A stretch of DNA of 64,000 bases, from contig CAWDRG010000008.1 in the NCBI GenBank assembly GCA_963804645.1, forward strand, positions 1-64,000. Direction: 5' to 3'. The DNA comes from an uncultured Bacillota bacterium (GTDB taxonomy: Bacteria > Sysuimicrobiota > Sysuimicrobiia > Sysuimicrobiales > Segetimicrobiaceae). The notes below the pieces were generated by a model that worked only from the letters and a program-made list of their open reading frames with translations, did no database searches and was not told the DNA's origin. Of this stretch, positions 22,688 to 30,822 are shown piece after piece. The position numbers and the translations under genes are program-made. Each line of letters begins with the position of its first letter. The stretch's first letter is position 1.

Positions 22688-23920
22688 TCACGCCAGCGCG
22701 ACGTGGGTGACGTCGCGCCATGCCTCCTCACCCCGCACGTGAAACACCGGCACGCGCCCTCCGTCGAATGCGGGCGCGGCGGTGCCCACCACGACCAGAC
22801 CCACCCCGCGTCCCTGCTGTCGGGTCGTCTCGAGCAGCGTGAGCACCTCCTGGTCGGGGAGCGCCGTGATGGCGATCGCCGTGGTGCCCCACGGGAGTTG
22901 CGGGACCTCCGCGGCCAGCATGTCCGCGAGCGCGATCGTGGCCACAGGAACGACCGTCGCCAGCGCTTCCAGCACCGCCTGCAACTGCCGGGGATGCTCG
23001 CTGGGCGGCAGGGCGATCGTGGCTGCGCCAGTCCCGCGAACTCGGGGCCCGTTGACGTAGAGGCCCACCGGAAGCTTCTGCTCAGCGGCCCACGCGGCGA
23101 CGGAGGCGGCCACGATGATCGCGAGTTCGACAATGAGCGGATCGTAGCCGGCCCACCACGCCAGTCCACGGAGCGTGTACATATCGAGGAACAGCGCCAC
23201 ACGCGCATGGGTCGTGGGCTCGACCATCTTGACTTGGAGGCTGCGGAGTCGCGCCGAGGCCTTCCAGTGGATGCGGCGCACGGAATCGCCGGCTTGATAC
23301 GCACGCACCCCCGCCTGATAGGTGGGATCGTCCCACAGCGTGTGGGGGGTCACCACGTCCCCAAACGGGCCGCGGGCAGCCAGCCCGAGGTGGTCAAGCG
23401 GGACGATCCGCGGATACACCACGAGCCGATCCACGTCGGACAGCTCCCGCTGCTGTGTCGACAATCCGAATAGATCGCCGCTCCGGAGCGTCGCCGGACC
23501 AAATTCGTACAGACCGCGGTGGGTGCACCTGAGACGATACCGGCGGCGAATGCGTTCGTACCAGCGGGGTGAGCACAGGTGCACGAGCGTGCGGCGGCGT
23601 GGCTTGTACGAGCTGGTCAGGTCCGCGTCGAGAAAGGTCAACGCGTCCGGCACGTCATCCTCGACCTCGAGCCACGGGAGCGGCAGAAGCTTGCGATTCA
23701 CCACCTCGAGGACGAGATCAATTTCTTCGTCAAAGAAGGCCCGCTGCTGGCTGAGCGTCCGTCGATAGGTGACCCCAGAGAAGCAGGACCGCTGCCAGAG
23801 CCAGGACACCAACACGATCAACAGCCCGATCACGGCGAACACAAACAGCAGCGCCTGGCGCAGGACGAGTCCAACGAGGCACAGGAGCACGAGCAGGCTG
23901 ACCCAGGCCTCGGAACTCAC
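22688..23920 (-). CDS. DUF58 domain protein (VWA-like MoxR partner) with N-terminal TM helices
   Basis: RGLYEFGP..LRSGDLFG, VRAYQAGDSVRRIHWKASAR. Confidence 0.9.
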   Translation of the reverse strand: MSSEAWVSLLVLLCLVGLVLRQALLFVFAVIGLLIVLVSWLWQRSCFSGVTYRRTLSQQRAFFDEEIDLVLEVVNRKLLPLPWLEVEDDVPDALTFLDADLTSSYKPRRRTLVHLCSPRWYERIRRRYRLRCTHRGLYEFGPATLRSGDLFGLSTQQRELSDVDRLVVYPRIVPLDHLGLAARGPFGDVVTPHTLWDDPTYQAGVRAYQAGDSVRRIHWKASARLRSLQVKMVEPTTHARVALFLDMYTLRGLAWWAGYDPLIVELAIIVAASVAAWAAEQKLPVGLYVNGPRVRGTGAATIALPPSEHPRQLQAVLEALATVVPVATIALADMLAAEVPQLPWGTTAIAITALPDQEVLTLLETTRQQGRGVGLVVVGTAAPAFDGGRVPVFHVRGEEAWRDVTHVALA

Positions 23921-24894
23921 GACCCCGCCCCGCCGGACGGCAGCGGGATTTCGGCCGGGACCGCCACGCCGGCAACAATCTCCGTCACGATCTCCTGAAG
24001 GGCGGTGCCGCGGAGCCGCGTCTGCCCGGTCGGCAGCAACCGGTGGCCCAGGACCGGCGCGGCGAGCGCCTTGACGTCGTCCGGCACCACGAAGGACCGG
24101 CTGCGAACGGCCGCAAGCGCTTGGGCGGTGCGCCGCAGCGCGAGCGTCGCCCGCGGGCTGGCGCCGAGCGCCAGGGCGGGATGCCTGCGCGTCGCTTGGA
24201 CGACGGCGACGATGTAATCGCGCACGACCGGCGCCACCGTCACCGAACGGATGGCTCGAGCGGCCGCCACCAGCGTGTCCAGATCCGAGCAGGGCTGGAG
24301 GTCGTCGAGGGGTGACGCGCGCTCAAATCGGTCGAGGATCGCGGCCTCGTCCGCAGCGTCGGGATACCCAAGCGACAGGCGCATCAGGAACCGGTCGAGC
24401 TGCGCCTCGGGCAGCGGAAACGTGCCGACGAGTTCGATCGGATTCTGGGTGGCCAGCACCAGAAACGGGGGAAGGAGCGCCCGCGTCTCTCCCTCGACCG
24501 TGACCTGCCGTTCCTCCATCGCTTCCAGGAGCGCCGACTGCGCGCGCGGGGTTGCCCGGTTGATCTCGTCCACCAACAGTACGTGGCTGAAGATCGGCCC
24601 GGGATAAAATTGGAACGCGTCTCCCTGGTCGCGGTAGACGGACACGCCCAAAATATCGGTCGGGAGCAGATCGGGTGTGCACTGAATTCGTCGGAACGTC
24701 CCGCCGATGCTGCGGGCGACCGCCTTCGCCAGCATCGTCTTCCCGATACCGGGCACGTCCTCCAGCAACACGTGCCCTTCGCTCAGCAACGCGACGAGTA
24801 GCAACTCAATCACGGCGTCCTTGCCGACGATCACGCGACTCACCTGCTGCCGGATCCGTTCCGCGATCGCCCCGACCTCTGCGGGCGTGTTCAC
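23917..24894 (-). CDS. MoxR-family AAA+ ATPase
   Basis: HVLLEDVPGIGKT, RIQCTPDLLPTD, DEINRATPRAQSALLE, FPLPEAQLDRF. SD-like GGGGGTG precedes the GTG. Confidence 0.95.
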   Translation of the reverse strand: MNTPAEVGAIAERIRQQVSRVIVGKDAVIELLLVALLSEGHVLLEDVPGIGKTMLAKAVARSIGGTFRRIQCTPDLLPTDILGVSVYRDQGDAFQFYPGPIFSHVLLVDEINRATPRAQSALLEAMEERQVTVEGETRALLPPFLVLATQNPIELVGTFPLPEAQLDRFLMRLSLGYPDAADEAAILDRFERASPLDDLQPCSDLDTLVAAARAIRSVTVAPVVRDYIVAVVQATRRHPALALGASPRATLALRRTAQALAAVRSRSFVVPDDVKALAAPVLGHRLLPTGQTRLRGTALQEIVTEIVAGVAVPAEIPLPSGGAGS

Positions 24895-24910
24895 GGTCGC
24901 CACCCCCAGG

Positions 24911-24950
24911 AACAAAAATGACCTCTACAGCTGCGTCCTGTAGAAGCCAT
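24911..24950 (-). terminator. Intrinsic terminator overlapping the 3' end of the leftward fluoride aptamer
   Basis: ATGGCTTCTACAG-gacgcag-CTGTAGAGGTCAT followed by TTTTGTT. Confidence 0.8.
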
Positions 24951-25008
24951 CGGCCACCGAGACCTTTCGGCTACCCGCTCGGAGGCGGTTTCGGCGAGCT
25001 TCATCGCC
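24940..25008 (-). ncRNA. Fluoride riboswitch (crcB motif) upstream of the moxR operon
   Basis: Minus strand reads GGCGATGAAGCTCGCCGAAACCGC...GGCCGATGGCTTCTAC. P1 is GGCGA/TCGCC; pseudoknot is GAAGC/GCTTC. Confidence 0.85.
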
Positions 25009-25047
25009 GTCACATTGCGGCTATTCAATTGTCTCCCTGTCTACCCG

Positions 25048-25076
25048 ATTATACGAACCGCCCCAGACGCCGTCAA
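25048..25076 (-). promoter_or_regulatory. sigma70-type promoter for the leftward riboswitch/moxR operon
   Basis: TTGACG-17 nt-TATAAT. Confidence 0.8.
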
Positions 25077-25150
25077 ATTCGGCGGCGCGCCGGCGCGGGG
25101 TGTGTCGACGGGAATGCGCACGGCCGCCGGCGAACGCGAGGTGCCGGGGC

Positions 25151-25179
25151 TTGTCGCTGCACCGCTCTCCGGGTATAAT
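25151..25179 (+). promoter_or_regulatory. sigma70-type promoter for the rightward riboswitch/Ehr operon
   Basis: TTGTCG-17 nt-TATAAT. Confidence 0.75.
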
Positions 25180-25214
25180 CGGCGTCGTACGACGATCGCC
25201 CCAGTTCGGCTCTT

Positions 25215-25264
25215 GGCGATGAGGCTCGCCATATAACCGCGTGATCCACGCTGATAGCCTCTGC
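25215..25264 (+). ncRNA. Fluoride riboswitch (crcB motif) upstream of the Ehr/hyf-like operon
   Basis: GGCGATGAGGCTCGCCATATAACCGCGTGATCCACGCTGATAGCCTCTGC. P1 is GGCGA/TCGCC; pseudoknot is GAGGCT/AGCCTC. Confidence 0.9.
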
Positions 25265-25297
25265 TGCCCGCTCCGGGTCCGCAGAGGCTTTTGTGTT
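25256..25297 (+). terminator. Intrinsic terminator overlapping the rightward fluoride aptamer
   Basis: AGCCTCTGC...GCAGAGGCT followed by TTTGTGTT. Confidence 0.8.
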
Positions 25298-25362
25298 GTC
25301 TGGACGACCGCGGGCCACGGCGGCAGTGGACTGGCCGTGCCCTGAGGCGTCGGAGGTGTGGA

Positions 25363-26307
25363 GTGGACGACCGGATTCTTTTCAATATCATCCAAGCCCT
25401 GACCGTGCTGCTGTTATCGCCGCTGGTCAAAGGTCTCCTCGACCGTCTGAAAGAGCGCGTCCAGTCGAGGCGGGGCCCGACGATCTGGCAGCCGTACCGA
25501 GATCTGTGGAAGCTCTTCTCGAAGGACGAGGTCGTTTCGGACCAGAGCTCGTGGATCTTCCGAGCCGCTCCCTATATCGTGTTCACGATGCCGCTGTTTG
25601 TCACACTGCTCATCCCCGCGCTCACGGATTACCCGCTCTTTTTCGCGTTCATGTCGGACATGCTCGGGGCGGGGTTTCTGCTCGCACTGGGCGGGTTCTT
25701 CGCCGCCCTGGCGGCGGTGGACACCACCAACCCCTATGGGCCCATGGGCGCGAGCCGCACCCGGATGGTCGGATTTCTCGCCGAGCCGGTGTTCATGATC
25801 GTGTTCTTCACCATCTCGTTCGTGGCCGGCTCGACGATTCCGTACATCGTCCAGCAGCAGTGGGTCACCCCGCCGTCCAACTTCTTCGAGCCAGGCCACG
25901 TGCTGCTGATGATCGCCTTTTTGATGCTGCTGCTCGCAGAGACGGGACGGATTCCGGTCGACAGCGCGACGGGACATTTCGAACTCGCGATGATCGACGA
26001 GTCAAAAGGGCTCGAGTATTCGGGCCGCGGGGCCGCACTCATGAAGTGGGGCGGGGCGATGAAGTTCATGGTGCTCCAACTCGTCTTTCTCAACGTGCTC
26101 GTGACCCCGTGGGGCTTGGCCACACGGGCGTCGGTCGGCGCCGTGCTGCTCGCGATCCCGGTCGTCTTCCTGAAGATCGTCATCCTGCTGCTGGTGTTGA
26201 CGGCGATCGAGTCGTCCCTGGCCAAGCTCCGCCTGTTCCGCATTACCGAGTTTCTGGGCGCGGCATTTGTCATCGCGACGATCGCGATGATCACGCGCGT
26301 CTTCTAG
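25363..26307 (+). CDS. HyfC/HycD-like (NuoH family) membrane subunit
   Basis: QSRRGPTIWQPYRDLWKL, GPMGASR, AETGRIPVD and LEYSG motifs. SD GGAGG precedes the GTG. Confidence 0.9.
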   Translation: MDDRILFNIIQALTVLLLSPLVKGLLDRLKERVQSRRGPTIWQPYRDLWKLFSKDEVVSDQSSWIFRAAPYIVFTMPLFVTLLIPALTDYPLFFAFMSDMLGAGFLLALGGFFAALAAVDTTNPYGPMGASRTRMVGFLAEPVFMIVFFTISFVAGSTIPYIVQQQWVTPPSNFFEPGHVLLMIAFLMLLLAETGRIPVDSATGHFELAMIDESKGLEYSGRGAALMKWGGAMKFMVLQLVFLNVLVTPWGLATRASVGAVLLAIPVVFLKIVILLLVLTAIESSLAKLRLFRITEFLGAAFVIATIAMITRVF

Positions 26308-26322
26308 CCAAGGGGGCGACGT

Positions 26323-27000
26323 ATGGTGCAGTCGACCTGGATGCCCGCGCTCAATGATCTGGCGGGAGCGCTGTTTCTCCTCACCGCGGTCGGGCTCGTC
26401 GTGGTGCGGCAGGTGCAGGCGTGCCTCGCGGTATTCGTCCTCGAATCGGTCCTGCTCGGCGCCTCGGCGCTGATCTTGGGCACGGCGCTCGGGACACCGG
26501 ATCTCCTCGCCGTCGGCCTGATCACGATTGGGGTCAAAGCCATCCTGCTCCCGTGGCTGCTGCGCCGTACGGTCAGCGGTGAGATTTACACGCACCGCGA
26601 GCTCTCACAGCTGATCAACGTGCCCGCCTCCCTGCTGATCGCCCTCGGGCTCACGGTCGCGGCGTATTTGATCGCCGGGCCGCTCCTGTCACATCAGACA
26701 GAATTCGTCCGCGTGAATCTCCCGATCGGACTCGCGGGCCTGCTCCTGGGCGCGTTCACCTTGGTCACCCGCCGTGAAGCCGTCCCGCAGCTGATAGGGC
26801 TCCTGGCCATGGAGAACGGGGCATTCCTCGCGGGCGTGTCGATCGCCCCCGGCCTTCCGCTGATCGCCGAACTAGCGGCCTCGTTCGATGTCTTGGTGAT
26901 AGTCCTGGTCATGGGCATCCTCACCCAGGCGATCCACGAGCACGTCGGCACCACCGACATCGTGCACCTGGTGGAGCGCGGTGACGAGGGCCACGCATGA
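26323..27000 (+). CDS. HyfE-like membrane subunit
   Basis: Hydrophobic protein with KAILLPWLL and QLIGLLAMENG. Confidence 0.85.
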   Translation: MVQSTWMPALNDLAGALFLLTAVGLVVVRQVQACLAVFVLESVLLGASALILGTALGTPDLLAVGLITIGVKAILLPWLLRRTVSGEIYTHRELSQLINVPASLLIALGLTVAAYLIAGPLLSHQTEFVRVNLPIGLAGLLLGAFTLVTRREAVPQLIGLLAMENGAFLAGVSIAPGLPLIAELAASFDVLVIVLVMGILTQAIHEHVGTTDIVHLVERGDEGHA

Positions 27001-28442
27001 TGCTGCTCCTGATCCCCATCCTCCCGCTGCTGGCGGCGCTGTGCGCCCTGCTCCGGCCGCGGGGGCGCATCGCCGCGGCGGGGACGATCGCCGCCGCCGT
27101 GCTCGCGGCGGCGGGCGCCGCGCGCACGGCGCTGCTCGGCGCTGCCGGCACGACAATCGTGGCCGTGCCGGGGTGGATCGCCTGCGACGGTCTGAGCGCG
27201 CTCGTGCTGCTGCTCGTCGCCGCGGTCAACGTGAGCGCCGCGATCTTCTCGTGGGGCTACGTCCCCGCGAGACTCGCGCCGGCGGATCCGGCGGCGGAGC
27301 GGCGCTACTACATCAACTACAATCTGTTCGTCTCGTCGCTGCTCCTCGTGCCGCTGGTCCTCGAGCCCGCGCTGGTCTGGATCATGATCGAGCTGACCAC
27401 GCTCCTCTCCGTGTTCCTCGTCGGCTTTGATCGCACGCGGGGCGCGCTCGAGGCCGCCTGGAAGTACGTCGTCCTCACCCTCATGGGGGCGGCCATCGCC
27501 CTGCTGGGCGTGCTCCTCATGTATTGGGCGCTGTGGACCGCGGGGGGACGGGCGTTCACGTGGGATGGCCTCGTGGCCGCGGCCCCGCACATGCCGGCCG
27601 GCGTCATTCAGATGGCGTTTCTGCTGGTGCTGGTCGGCTTCGGGGCCAAGATCGGACTCGTGCCCCTCCACACATGGATCCCCGCGGCGTACAGTTACGC
27701 GCCCTCTCCCATCTGCGCGCTGCTGTCCGGCGCGGAGGCCACGGCGGTCTTGTATGTCGTGTTGCGCCTGGTCCCGGTGGCGGTCTCGGTGCCGGCCGTG
27801 CATGTCAGCGGCGCGCTCCTGGCCTTCGGCCTGCTGTCGGTGGCGGTCGCGGTGTTCCTGATCCTGCAGACGAGCGACTATAAGCGCCTGTTCGCCTACT
27901 CCACGATCGAGCACATGGGCATCATCCTGGTCGCCGCGGGCCTCGGGGGCGCGCTCGCGTCCTATGGGGCCGTCGCCCAGCTCCTCACGCACTCGGTCAC
28001 CAAGGCGTTCTGCTTCCTTGCCGTCGGGTCAGCGGTGATCGTCACGAACACCAGGGACACGGGCTCGATCCGGGGGCTCGTACGGACGTCTCCGGTCGCC
28101 GGGATCGCGCTGCTCCTGGGAGGCCTGGCCATCGCGGGAGCGCCTCCGTTCGCGGTCTTCCTCAGCGAGTTCGCGATTTTCCGCGCCGGGGTGTCCGAGG
28201 GGCACGCGGTCGTCGTCGCGCTCCTCGCCGCGTGTGTGATCGTCGGGTTTGTGGCCATTATGGTGCACGTGAACCGCATGGTGTTTGGATCTCCGACCGG
28301 CGCATCCGGGCGGCCACGCCTTCCCGCCGCCTGCGTCGTGGCGCTGGCCGCCGCCGTGGTCCCGGTGGTGGCGCTTGGCCTGTACGTGCCGCGTCCGGTG
28401 TTCGAGCTCCTGTCCGAAGCCGCGCGCTGGATCGGGAGGTGA
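26997..28442 (+). CDS. HyfF-like proton-translocating (Mrp/NuoN-like) subunit
   Basis: IELTTL, ALEAAWKY, GFGAKIGLVPLHTWIP, KRLFAYSTIEHMG. Confidence 0.9.
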   Translation: MMLLLIPILPLLAALCALLRPRGRIAAAGTIAAAVLAAAGAARTALLGAAGTTIVAVPGWIACDGLSALVLLLVAAVNVSAAIFSWGYVPARLAPADPAAERRYYINYNLFVSSLLLVPLVLEPALVWIMIELTTLLSVFLVGFDRTRGALEAAWKYVVLTLMGAAIALLGVLLMYWALWTAGGRAFTWDGLVAAAPHMPAGVIQMAFLLVLVGFGAKIGLVPLHTWIPAAYSYAPSPICALLSGAEATAVLYVVLRLVPVAVSVPAVHVSGALLAFGLLSVAVAVFLILQTSDYKRLFAYSTIEHMGIILVAAGLGGALASYGAVAQLLTHSVTKAFCFLAVGSAVIVTNTRDTGSIRGLVRTSPVAGIALLLGGLAIAGAPPFAVFLSEFAIFRAGVSEGHAVVVALLAACVIVGFVAIMVHVNRMVFGSPTGASGRPRLPAACVVALAAAVVPVVALGLYVPRPVFELLSEAARWIGR

Positions 28443-28449
28443 GAGAGAC

Positions 28450-30048
28450 GTGAGTCCTGCGCAGCCAGCCGAGATGAGGATCGCGGACGTGCGGTCCGCG
28501 GCCGCGTCGCGATGGATCGACGTGCGGGTCCGCGAGAACATGGCCCAGGACGTCGCGACGATCGAGTGCTCCCCCCAACGCCTGCGTCAGGTGTGCGCGT
28601 GGCTGTTCGCCGGTCTGGGCTGCGCGTTTGGAGGGCTGGTCGTCGAAGACACGCCCGCGGCCTGGGTGCTGCGGTATCTGTTCTACGGCCCCACGCCCGG
28701 GCAGATCCACGTGGTCACGGAGTGCGCCAAACCGTCGGAGACGGTACCCAGTATCAGCGTCGAGGTCCACGCCGCAGACTGGCATGAGCGAGAGGCGGAG
28801 GATCTCTTCGGCCTGGTGTTCGAGGGGCATCCGCGCCTGGGCGACTTCGTCCTCCACAACGACACGTGGCCGGAGCAGGTCGCCCCGATGCGCCGGGCCT
28901 TTGACCCGACCGCACGCCCGCCCTATCCGGCTCCTGACGACGCCTGGGCCCCGCTGCGACTCGTGGCCGAGCCCGGAGCCTTTCTCATGCCCGTCGGCCC
29001 GGTGTACTCCGGCATCACGGAAAGCGCTTTGTTTCTGCTCGAAACCGTCGGCGAGGACGTGATCCGCATCTTTCCCCGTCTCTTCTACAACTACCGAGCC
29101 ATTGAGAAGAGCGCCGAGGGCCGGACGGTGGACGATGCACTGCTGCTCGCGGAACGCTTTTCGGCCACCTCCGCGTTCGCGCACTCGCTCGCGTTCTGCC
29201 GCGCGGTCGAGACGATCTCGGAGGTTGTCGTCCCGCTCAGGGCGCAGGCGCTTCGCGTCCTGTTGGCGGAGCTCGAGCGGCTCCGTCACCATGCCGCCGC
29301 GATCGAAGCGATCTGCGACTCCACGGCCCTGGCCGTGGCGACCAGCCAGGCGGCGCTGCTGGAGGAAGACCTCCTGCGGCTGTCCGGGGCGCTCACCGGG
29401 CACCGGTATTTGTTCGGGCTGAACGTCCCGGGCGGTCTCGCGCGGGACGTGGCGACCGCGGCATGCCGCGAGGCCGCCGCGGCGGCGGCGGATGTCCTGC
29501 GGCGCCTCCGGGACCTCCGTCAGATGGTGCGATTCTCCACCAGCTTTCTCGACCGGATCGAAGGCGTGGGCGCGATCCCCGAAGTCGCGGCGCGGACCCA
29601 CGGGCTCGTGGGGCCCGTCGCCCGGGCCTCGGGCATCGTCCGGGATCTGCGCCGCGCGCAGCCGTACGCTGGGTACGAGCGACTCGCGTTCGAGGTGCCG
29701 CAGGAAACCGCCGGAGACGGATACGCCCGGCTCTTAGTGTTGTTCGCCGAAGCCGAACAATCCGCGGCCCTGATGCGCCAGAGTGCCGACCAACTCTCGG
29801 ACGGACCGGTCCGTGTGCCGGTGCGGACCGCATCGGGAGCGGCGTTTGGGTGGGCGGAGGCGCCGCGCGGAGCCACGTTCCATTGGGTCCGAATCGGCGA
29901 GGACGGACGGCTCGAACGCTATCGGGCCGTGACGCCCTCATTCATCAACTGGCACGGCCTGCATCTTGCGGCTGAGAACTTCGCGTTCCAAGACTTCCCG
30001 ATCATCCTGGCCACCCTCGGCCTGTCGGCCGCGGAGTGCGACCGCTAG
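28450..30048 (+). CDS. HyfG/HycE-like large subunit (NuoC+NuoD fusion) lacking NiFe-binding cysteines (Ehr type)
   Basis: ADWHEREAEDLFGLVFEGHP, GPVYSGITES and EAPRG motifs. The L1 site reads ERFSATSAFAH and the L2 site LGLSAAECDR, with no CxxC. Confidence 0.9.
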   Translation: MSPAQPAEMRIADVRSAAASRWIDVRVRENMAQDVATIECSPQRLRQVCAWLFAGLGCAFGGLVVEDTPAAWVLRYLFYGPTPGQIHVVTECAKPSETVPSISVEVHAADWHEREAEDLFGLVFEGHPRLGDFVLHNDTWPEQVAPMRRAFDPTARPPYPAPDDAWAPLRLVAEPGAFLMPVGPVYSGITESALFLLETVGEDVIRIFPRLFYNYRAIEKSAEGRTVDDALLLAERFSATSAFAHSLAFCRAVETISEVVVPLRAQALRVLLAELERLRHHAAAIEAICDSTALAVATSQAALLEEDLLRLSGALTGHRYLFGLNVPGGLARDVATAACREAAAAAADVLRRLRDLRQMVRFSTSFLDRIEGVGAIPEVAARTHGLVGPVARASGIVRDLRRAQPYAGYERLAFEVPQETAGDGYARLLVLFAEAEQSAALMRQSADQLSDGPVRVPVRTASGAAFGWAEAPRGATFHWVRIGEDGRLERYRAVTPSFINWHGLHLAAENFAFQDFPIILATLGLSAAECDR

Positions 30049-30057
30049 GAGGCGCGC

Positions 30058-30822
30058 ATGACCACCTGGGTGTGGAAGGGCCTGTCGACGCCGGTCCGCA
30101 CCACGCGATATCCGGCCGCGCCGGACGACACGCCGGGGACGTCGCCCGGCCGGCCGGCCGGCGGCGCGGTCAGCCCGACCACCGGCGCGGACTTGATCGC
30201 CCGCTGCCCGACCGGAGCCCTCACCGCGTCGGACGGGCACATCGTCGTGGATCCGGCACGCTGCGTGCACTGCTACCGCTGCGTCCGAGGCGTCGCCCAC
30301 CCAATCGGGTGGGAGTCGGGTTATGAATGGGCCCGGGCGACGTCCGGGGATGGACAGCCGAGCGCCCCGCTCGGTCGAGCGTTTCATCGATCCGCGCATA
30401 TCCTGGTCGTTGACGCCGGGGACTGCGGAGCGTGCCTGAGTGAGGTCAAACAGCTGAACAATCCCTACTACAACATGCACCGGCTCGGATTCTTCATCAC
30501 GCCGACGCCCCGGAACGCGGACATCCTGCTCGTGGTCGGGCCTGGGACCGCGAACATGCGGTGGGCGCTGCGGAAAGCGTACGACGCGATGCCGACGCCC
30601 AAGCGGGTGATCGCGGTCGGCACGTGCGCATCGAGCGGCGGCGTCTTCACCCCGAGTTTCGCGTCGGGGACGGGCATCCACGAGGTCCTGCCGGTGGACG
30701 TCATCGTGCCGGGCGCTCCTCCCCCGCCGCTCGCGATTCTGCACGGCTTGCTCGTGGCCACGGGACGGGCCGCGCCGGCCGAGCGGCCCACCGCGGCGGC
30801 CAACGGGACGGTCGCCCGATGA
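30058..30822 (+). CDS. HyfI/HycG-like (NuoB) small subunit with a fused N-terminal 4Fe-4S ferredoxin segment
   Basis: CPTGAL...CVHCYRC; GDCGACLSE, PRNADILLV, GTCA, VPGAPP. Confidence 0.88.
   Translation: MTTWVWKGLSTPVRTTRYPAAPDDTPGTSPGRPAGGAVSPTTGADLIARCPTGALTASDGHIVVDPARCVHCYRCVRGVAHPIGWESGYEWARATSGDGQPSAPLGRAFHRSAHILVVDAGDCGACLSEVKQLNNPYYNMHRLGFFITPTPRNADILLVVGPGTANMRWALRKAYDAMPTPKRVIAVGTCASSGGVFTPSFASGTGIHEVLPVDVIVPGAPPPPLAILHGLLVATGRAAPAERPTAAANGTVAR

Noticed and set aside
28450..30048. Calling the operon a functional NiFe hydrogenase or formate hydrogenlyase
   Set aside because: Both CxxC Ni-binding motifs are absent, and no maturation or Fdh genes are in the window.
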